From Rubrivivax sp. (GTDB lineage: Bacteria; Pseudomonadota; Gammaproteobacteria; Burkholderiales; Burkholderiaceae_C): 39,475 nt of DNA. The translations under genes were made by a program, and so were the position numbers. This document shows, in pieces, positions 32,127-39,475 of this stretch; within the stretch, counting starts at the first letter, position 1, and each line of letters starts with the position of its first letter. The notes under the pieces are model-generated. The model made no database searches. It was not told the origin of the DNA and saw nothing but the letters and a program-made list of their open reading frames with translations. The stretch lies in the NCBI GenBank assembly GCA_035633375.1, contig DASQFA010000797.1:1-39475 (forward strand), read 5' to 3'.

Positions 32127-33851
32127 ATGGCCGTTGACACGCTCGTCGAGTCGCCCAAATCGGCTCTCTCCGGGGTCGCCAGGGTGCTCGTGCACGCCGG
32201 CAAGCTCAGCGCCAAGGCGGCCGAAGATCTTGCGAAAAGCGCAAAGGAACGCCGCGCCAGCTTTGTCTCGGCGGTGGTTTCTGCCGGCGCCGTTCAACCT
32301 GCCGATCTGGCCCATACGCTGTCGATGGCGCTTGCGCTGCCGCTGGTCGACCTGAACGCGGTGGATCTGACGCGCCTGCCGCGCGGCATCGTCGATCCGA
32401 AGCTGGCCCTTCAGTACCAGCTGCTGGTACTGGGCAAACGCGGCAACCGTTTGTTCATCGGCGCGGCCGACCCCACCGATCAGGAGGCTGTCGAGCGGAT
32501 CAAGTTCGCCACGCAGCTATCGCCTGAATGGGTCATCGTCGAATACGACAAGCTGGTGCGCATCCTGGAATCCCAGGATGCCAATGTCAACGAAGCGATG
32601 GAGTCGCTGACGGCCGGCGAGTTCGATTTTGATATCACCGACGACGACAGTACGTCGCAAGAGAGTGCCGAAGTCTCGCAGGAAGTGGAAGACGCGCCCG
32701 TCGTGCGCTTCCTGCAGAAGATGCTCATCGATGCGATCAACGCGCGCGCCTCCGACCTGCATTTCGAGCCCTACGAGTACAACTACCGGGTGCGCTTTCG
32801 CATCGACGGCGAGTTACGAGAAATCACCCAGCCGCCGATCGCAATCAAGGACAAGCTGGCCTCGCGCATCAAGGTCATCTCGCGCATGGACATCGCCGAG
32901 AAGCGCGTGCCGCAGGACGGCCGACTGAAGCTGAAGTTCGGCAACAAGGCCATCGACTTCCGCATCAGCACCCTGCCGACGCTGTTTGGCGAAAAGATCG
33001 TCATCCGGATCCTCGATCCGTCGAGCGCCAAGCTGGGCATCGAAGCCCTGGGCTACGAGAAGATCGAGCGCGATCGCCTGATGCAAGTCATTCAGCGGCC
33101 CTACGGCATGGTGCTGGTCACCGGCCCCACCGGCAGCGGCAAGACGGTGTCGCTCTACACCTGCCTGAACATCCTGAACCAGCCGGGCGTGAACATCTGC
33201 ACGGTCGAGGACCCGGCTGAAATCAACCTGCCTGGGGTGAACCAGGTGAACGTCAACGACAAGGCGGGGCTGACCTTCGCTGCGGCGCTCAAGTCCTTCC
33301 TGCGCCAGGATCCTGACATCATCATGGTGGGCGAAATCCGCGATCTCGAGACCGCCGACATTGCCATCAAGGCGGCGCAGACCGGGCACATGGTGATGTC
33401 CACGCTGCACACCAATGACGCGCCGACCACGCTGACAAGGCTGCTGAACATGGGGGTCGCACCCTTCAACATTGCCGCGAGCGTGCTACTCATCACGGCG
33501 CAGCGTCTGGCACGCCGGCTTTGCGAGAACTGCAAGGCCCAGGCAGACTATCCTCGCGAGGCGTTGTTGCGCGCGGGATTCGTCGAAACCGATCTCGACG
33601 GCAGCTGGAAGCCCTACCGCGCGGTCGGCTGCTCTGCGTGCAACAACGGTTACAAGGGCCGGGTTGGCCTTTACCAGGTGATGCCCATCACTGACGCCAT
33701 ACAGCGCATCATCCTGGCGGAGGGCACCTCGATGGACATAGCCACCCAGGCACAGAAGGAAGGCGTGCGCGATCTGCGGCAATCGGGTTTGATGAAGGTC
33801 CGATCTGGCGCCACCACGCTGGAGGAGGTCATTTCGGTGACCAACGAGTGA
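32127..33851 (+). CDS. pilB: Type IV-A pilus assembly ATPase PilB
   Basis: ASDLHFEP, EKRVPQDG, GPTGSGKT, TVEDPAE, LRQDPDIIMVGEIRD, STLHTND, CxxC…CxxC. Confidence 0.96.
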   Translation: MAVDTLVESPKSALSGVARVLVHAGKLSAKAAEDLAKSAKERRASFVSAVVSAGAVQPADLAHTLSMALALPLVDLNAVDLTRLPRGIVDPKLALQYQLLVLGKRGNRLFIGAADPTDQEAVERIKFATQLSPEWVIVEYDKLVRILESQDANVNEAMESLTAGEFDFDITDDDSTSQESAEVSQEVEDAPVVRFLQKMLIDAINARASDLHFEPYEYNYRVRFRIDGELREITQPPIAIKDKLASRIKVISRMDIAEKRVPQDGRLKLKFGNKAIDFRISTLPTLFGEKIVIRILDPSSAKLGIEALGYEKIERDRLMQVIQRPYGMVLVTGPTGSGKTVSLYTCLNILNQPGVNICTVEDPAEINLPGVNQVNVNDKAGLTFAAALKSFLRQDPDIIMVGEIRDLETADIAIKAAQTGHMVMSTLHTNDAPTTLTRLLNMGVAPFNIAASVLLITAQRLARRLCENCKAQADYPREALLRAGFVETDLDGSWKPYRAVGCSACNNGYKGRVGLYQVMPITDAIQRIILAEGTSMDIATQAQKEGVRDLRQSGLMKVRSGATTLEEVISVTNE

Positions 33852-33903
33852 CACGCCGCCTTCCAAGAACCCCACGATCAGACAGGCTCGCGCCGGAGAA
33901 ACG

Positions 33904-35124
33904 ATGGCAACTGCAGTAGCCGCCAGAGGCATCAAGGACTCGATCTTCGAGTGGGAAGGCAAGGACAAGAACGGCAAGCTGGTGCGTGGCGAGATCCGCG
34001 CCGGCGGCGAGGCCGTGGTCAATGCCAGCCTGCGCCGCCAGGGCATCCTCATTACCAAGGTGAAGAAGCGCCGCACCAGTGGCGGGCGCGCCATCAAGCA
34101 AAAGGACATCGCCATCTTCACGCGGCAGCTGGCGACGATGATGAAGGCCGGTGTGCCGTTGCTTCAAGCCTTCGACATCGTGGCACGCGGCAGCACCAAT
34201 CCCAGGATGACACGCTTGCTGAACGAAATCCGCGGCGACGTCGAAACCGGCACCAGCCTATCGTCGGCGTTTCGCAAGCATCCGATGCAGTTCGACGCGC
34301 TCTACTGCAACCTGGTCGAAGCCGGCGAAGCCGGCGGCATCCTGGAAGCGCTGCTCGATCGACTGGCGATCTATCAGGAAAAGACACTGGCGATCAAGAG
34401 CAAGATCAAGTCTGCCCTGATGTATCCGGTCGCCGTGATCGTGGTGGCTTTCGTCGTGCTGACGGTCATCATGATCTTCGTGATCCCGTCGTTCAAGGAA
34501 GTCTTCAGCTCCTTTGGCGCCGATCTGCCGGCGCCGACCTTGTTCGTCATCGCGCTGTCCGAGTTCTTCGTCAGTTACTGGTGGGCTGTTTTTGGCTTTG
34601 TCTTCGGCGGCATGTACTTCTTCATGGAGTCCTGGAAACGATCCGAGAAGATGCAGATGTTCATGGACCGTCTGCTGCTGCGTCTGCCAGTCTTCGGTGA
34701 GTTGATCAACAAGTCGGTGGTGGCGCGCTGGACACGCACGTTGTCCACGATGTTCGCTGCCGGGGTGCCTCTGGTCGAAGCCCTCGATTCGGTAGGCGGC
34801 GCTTCCGGCAATGCGGTCTACAGGCTGGCCACCGTGCAGATCCAGAAGGACGTGTCCACCGGCTCCGCGCTGACCACCGCGATGACGACGACGGGTGTGT
34901 TCCCCACGATGGTGCTGCAGATGGCGGCCATCGGTGAGGAGTCAGGCGCGCTCGACCACATGCTGGCCAAATGCGCCGAGTTCTACGAAGACGAAGTCGA
35001 TGAAATGGTCAAGGGCCTGTCCAGCCTGATGGAGCCGTTCATCATCGTCATTCTCGGCGTGCTGATCGGTGGCATCGTGGTGTCGATGTACCTGCCCATC
35101 TTCAAGCTGGGCGCGGTGGTCTGA
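33904..35124 (+). CDS. pilC: Type IV pilus platform protein PilC (GspF family)
   Basis: FTRQLATMMKAGVPL, AGEAGG, ALMYP, IGEESG, MYLPIF. Confidence 0.95.
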   Translation: MATAVAARGIKDSIFEWEGKDKNGKLVRGEIRAGGEAVVNASLRRQGILITKVKKRRTSGGRAIKQKDIAIFTRQLATMMKAGVPLLQAFDIVARGSTNPRMTRLLNEIRGDVETGTSLSSAFRKHPMQFDALYCNLVEAGEAGGILEALLDRLAIYQEKTLAIKSKIKSALMYPVAVIVVAFVVLTVIMIFVIPSFKEVFSSFGADLPAPTLFVIALSEFFVSYWWAVFGFVFGGMYFFMESWKRSEKMQMFMDRLLLRLPVFGELINKSVVARWTRTLSTMFAAGVPLVEALDSVGGASGNAVYRLATVQIQKDVSTGSALTTAMTTTGVFPTMVLQMAAIGEESGALDHMLAKCAEFYEDEVDEMVKGLSSLMEPFIIVILGVLIGGIVVSMYLPIFKLGAVV

Positions 35125-35132
35125 GCGCCGGC

Positions 35133-36062
35133 ATGGCGCCGGAGATCTGGTTCTCCCCACTGCCCTTGGCATTGCTGGGGCTTTGCGTCGGCAGCTTCCT
35201 TAACGTGGTGGCGCATCGGCTGCCGATGATGCTCGAGCGCGAGTGGTGGCTCGACGTCGCTGAGAATCAGCTCGGCGATGCGCAGGCCTGGCAACGTGTC
35301 AGCGGGCGCAAAGGTGCAGCGCCCGCGGCCTTCGAGAACGCCGCCAGGACCATCGCCGATGCGCTTGCTGCGCTGTCACCGATCAGCCTGTCAAGTCCGC
35401 GCTCGCGCTGCCCGAGTTGTGGCCATGTGTTGCGCTGGCACGAGAACCTGCCGGTGATCGGTTGGCTGCGGTTGAAGGGTCTTTGCTCTGCATGCGGCAC
35501 CGCCATTTCGAAGCGCTACCCGCTGGTCGAACTATTCACTGCAGTGCTGTTTGCGGCCTGCGGCTGGAAGTTCGGCGCCCAGCCCTCGACACTGCTGTGG
35601 TGTGCGGCGGTGGCGCTGATGGTGGCGATGGCGCTGATCGATCTGGACACCACCTACCTGCCCGACGACTTGACATTGCCGCTGATCGGCTTGGGCCTGC
35701 TCGGCGCTGGTCTGGGCTGGACCGGCGTTACCCTGGAAGCCTCGGCCTGGGGCGCATTTGCCGGCTATGCCGCGCTGTGGCTGCTGGCCTTCAGCTACAA
35801 GAAGCTGCGCGGCGTGCAGGGCATGGGCGAAGGCGACTTCAAGCTGCTGGCCGGACTGGGTGCGCTGCTGGGCTGGCAGTTGCTGCCGTCGATCGTGCTG
35901 CTGGCATCGGCCGTCGGTGCCGTGGTGGGCATTGCGATGATCGTCCTGGGCGGCCACAAGCGAGAAGTGCCCATCCCGTTCGGCCCATACCTGGTGGGCG
36001 GCGGCATCGCCGCGATGTTCTTCGGACGGCAGCTCACGCAGCTGTGGTTCCCCACGCTTTGA
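35133..36062 (+). CDS. pilD: Prepilin peptidase/N-methyltransferase
   Basis: GSFLNVV..RLP, two CxxC pairs, RYPLVE, LIDLD..LPD, GMGEGDFKL, IPFGPYL. Confidence 0.95.
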   Translation: MAPEIWFSPLPLALLGLCVGSFLNVVAHRLPMMLEREWWLDVAENQLGDAQAWQRVSGRKGAAPAAFENAARTIADALAALSPISLSSPRSRCPSCGHVLRWHENLPVIGWLRLKGLCSACGTAISKRYPLVELFTAVLFAACGWKFGAQPSTLLWCAAVALMVAMALIDLDTTYLPDDLTLPLIGLGLLGAGLGWTGVTLEASAWGAFAGYAALWLLAFSYKKLRGVQGMGEGDFKLLAGLGALLGWQLLPSIVLLASAVGAVVGIAMIVLGGHKREVPIPFGPYLVGGGIAAMFFGRQLTQLWFPTL

Positions 36063-36682
36063 GCCGACTGCATATCGGGTTGACGGGAGGCATCGGCAGC
36101 GGCAAGAGCACCGTCGCCGCCATGCTGGTGGCTTGCGGCGCCGTGCTGGTGGACACCGACGCCATTGCCCACGCACTCACGGCCCCGGGCGGCGCGGCGT
36201 TGCCAGCGCTGGCGCACGAGTTCGGGCCGGACATCATCGCCGCCGATGGCTCGATGGACCGGGCGGGCATGCGCGCCTTGGTCTTCAGCGACGCCTCGGC
36301 CAAGAGTCGACTCGAATCCATCCTGCACCCGATGATCGGCACCGAAGGGTTGCGCCAGGCCGAGGCTGCCGAAACCACACCGGTGGTCTTCGACGTGCCC
36401 CTGCTCACCGATTCCAGCCACTGGCGAGGGCGCGTCGCGCGCGTGCTGGTGGTCGACTGCCTCGAGAGCACGCAAGTGCAGCGTGTGATGCAACGTTCGG
36501 GCTGGAGCGAAGCGCAGGTGCGGCGCGTCATCGCCCAGCAATCGACGCGCGCGGCGCGGCGGACCCTTGCCGATGCCGTCATCTTCAACGACGGTCTGCC
36601 CCAGGCAGCGCTGGAGATCGAGGTGCAAGTCCTTTGGAACCGGTGGAACGCCATGACGCGAGGCGGCGCGTCGGGCCTGTGA
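36059..36682 (+). CDS. coaE: Dephospho-CoA kinase
   Basis: IGLTGGIGSGKST, VDTDAIAH, LESILHP, DVPLL; TTG start overlapping the pilD stop. Confidence 0.93.
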   Translation: MSRLHIGLTGGIGSGKSTVAAMLVACGAVLVDTDAIAHALTAPGGAALPALAHEFGPDIIAADGSMDRAGMRALVFSDASAKSRLESILHPMIGTEGLRQAEAAETTPVVFDVPLLTDSSHWRGRVARVLVVDCLESTQVQRVMQRSGWSEAQVRRVIAQQSTRAARRTLADAVIFNDGLPQAALEIEVQVLWNRWNAMTRGGASGL

Positions 36683-36749
36683 AACAATCCGGCGCAGTCA
36701 GTCGACTACCGCCCGCTTGATCGAACGCCCGTCCCCGGAGAGCCCGGCC

Positions 36750-37505
36750 TTGGTTGTTTACGAATACCCCTTCAACGAAGGCATCCGCACGATGCTGCGT
36801 GTGGAGCATCTGTTCGATCGTCTCGGTCAACTCATGCGGCGCGAGACCCCGGTCGACCACCACTTCGCGCTGGCAACAGTGTTCGAGATCATGGACGTGG
36901 CGGCGCGAGCCGACCTGAAGTCCGACCTGCTGAAGGAGCTCGAGCGCCACCGTTCCCTGTTGCAAGGATATCGAGGCAACCCGCAGATTTCCGAGGCGGC
37001 ACTGGATGAAGTCGTGGCCCGCATCGATCACGCCTTCGACGGCCTCAACCAACTCGTTGGCAAGGCCGGGCAGGCACTGACCAGCAACGACTGGCTGATG
37101 AGCATCCGCAGTCGCATCAGCATTCCCGGCGGCACCTGCGAATTCGACCTGCCGGGTTACTACGCTTGGCAACAGCATCCCGCGGCGAGCCGGCGCGCCG
37201 ACCTGGGTCGGTGGACCACCAGCTTGATGCCGTTGGCTGAAGCGCTGCATGTATTGCTGGGCCTGGTGCGAGACAGCGGCGCACCCCAACGGGTGGTGGC
37301 CGTCGCTGGGCAGTTCCAGCAAAGCTTGCCGCCGGGGCGGACCTACCATCTGATGCGGGTACGTCTACAGCCTGCGGAGCAGCTGGTGCCCGAAATCAGC
37401 GGCCACCGGCTCATGGCCATGGTGCGAATGATGCAGCCGGACGCCGACGGCCGGCTCAAACCCAGCGCCAACGACACCGAATTCGAACTCACGCTGTGTT
37501 CGTGA
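36750..37505 (+). CDS. zapD: Cell division protein ZapD
   Basis: YEYPFNE.IRT.LR, DLKSDLLKELER, IPGGTCEFDLP, PEISGH; probable TTG start at 36750 after GGAG. Confidence 0.92.
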   Translation: MVVYEYPFNEGIRTMLRVEHLFDRLGQLMRRETPVDHHFALATVFEIMDVAARADLKSDLLKELERHRSLLQGYRGNPQISEAALDEVVARIDHAFDGLNQLVGKAGQALTSNDWLMSIRSRISIPGGTCEFDLPGYYAWQQHPAASRRADLGRWTTSLMPLAEALHVLLGLVRDSGAPQRVVAVAGQFQQSLPPGRTYHLMRVRLQPAEQLVPEISGHRLMAMVRMMQPDADGRLKPSANDTEFELTLCS

Positions 37506-37717
37506 TGGCGACAAGCGCGACCAAGGCCCGCTGGGTGCGCTGCCCTTCGTGCGGCATGCAGGCCTCCTACTCGGCCGACAATCCGTCACGACCCTTTTGC
37601 AGTGCGCGTTGTCGCAATGCCGACTTTGGTGCCTGGGCCAGCGAGAACTATCGGGTGGAATCCGACAAGCGGTCGGAATCCGATGGCGACGATCCCGTGC
37701 GCGGCATCCCGCACTGA
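37505..37717 (+). CDS. yacG: DNA gyrase inhibitor YacG
   Basis: VRCPSCG…RPFCSARC..DFGAWASE; TGATG overlap with zapD. Confidence 0.92.
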   Translation: MATSATKARWVRCPSCGMQASYSADNPSRPFCSARCRNADFGAWASENYRVESDKRSESDGDDPVRGIPH

Positions 37718-37770
37718 CCCGCCCCGCATGGCCGCCGTGACAGCGGTGTCAAGCTCCAGCGTCGAATTCG

Positions 37771-37802
37771 CCCCTTGAACTCAACGCTCGCGCCCTTATA
37801 AT
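37771..37802 (+). promoter_or_regulatory. groE promoter (sigma32-like, with overlapping sigma70-like boxes)
   Basis: ccCTTGAA-13 nt-CCCTTATA; also TTGAAC-16 nt-TATAAT, directly before the CIRCE element. Confidence 0.65.
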
Positions 37803-37809
37803 CTGATTG

Positions 37810-37836
37810 CTAGCACTCGTGAGAGACGAGTGCTAG
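37810..37836. promoter_or_regulatory. CIRCE element (HrcA operator)
   Basis: cTAGCACTC-N9-GAGTGCTAg, matching the consensus TTAGCACTC-N9-GAGTGCTAA, upstream of groES. Confidence 0.93.
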
Positions 37837-37939
37837 CGATTGGTCGCTGTGCAAACTGCAGGGTGATCGGAAAAGTTGATGTGCGCCAACTTACTTGGTG
37901 CGCTTTGTCAGTGCTCAAATTGAACCTTTAGGAGATGCA

Positions 37940-38230
37940 ATGAAACTTCGTCCTTTGCACGATCGGGTGATCGTCAAGCGCCTGGAACAGGAAACCAAGA
38001 CGGCCTCTGGCATCGTCATTCCCGACAACGCGGCCGAGAAGCCCGACCAGGGTGAAGTGCTGGCGGTGGGCCCTGGCAAACGCAACGAAAAGGGCGACTT
38101 CGTCGTCCTGAACATCAAGGTCGGTGATCGCGTGCTGTTCGGTAAGTACAGCGGCCAGACGGTCAAGGTCGATGGCGAAGAACTGCTGGTCATGAAGGAA
38201 GAAGACCTCTTCGCTGTCGTCGAGAAGTAA
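37940..38230 (+). CDS. groES: Co-chaperonin GroES
   Basis: [36 protein letters not shown]; AGGAG RBS. Confidence 0.98.
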   Translation: MKLRPLHDRVIVKRLEQETKTASGIVIPDNAAEKPDQGEVLAVGPGKRNEKGDFVVLNIKVGDRVLFGKYSGQTVKVDGEELLVMKEEDLFAVVEK

Positions 38231-38343
38231 TCATCTGCGGCGATTGCTTGCGTCGCAAGCCAGATTGAGCTTGGCACAGCCAAGTCAAGAGCCGAAGGCT
38301 CGGCAGAAGACGCAAGTGAATCGTCCGATCTAGAACCCCCTGA

Positions 38344-39475
<1,132 letters not shown>

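Overview
High-GC betaproteobacterial chromosome segment. Gene order and proteins resemble Burkholderiales, probably Rubrivivax/Methylibium-like (inferred). It has three parts. (1) 66-9281: a sugar and oxidative pentose phosphate cluster (HAD hydrolase, tal, an internally deleted ROK/polyphosphate-glucokinase-like scar, pgi, gnd, zwf, GH63-like glucosidase). (2) ~9600-16700: an accessory module with a decayed IS4-family transposase, then a 631-aa DUF4914-like protein that carries PEP-carboxykinase catalytic motifs in order, then a Propionibacterium-type transcarboxylase set (5S, 12S, small accessory ORF, 1.3S biotin carrier). No biotin carboxylase or Na+-pump beta subunit is in the module, and it ends in a degenerate copy of its own 5' end (46/49 bp direct repeat). 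(3) 16757-39475: core genes (miaB, hemA-prfA-prmC, grxD, ubiX, slt, proS, rppH, proB, obgE, rpmA, rplU, ispB, tRNA-Pro, pilBCD-coaE-zapD-yacG, CIRCE-preceded groES-groEL, the last truncated by the window end). The best candidate for an undescribed system is the PEPCK-fold DUF4914 plus transcarboxylase locus. Family calls come from recognising motifs by eye; no database search was run.
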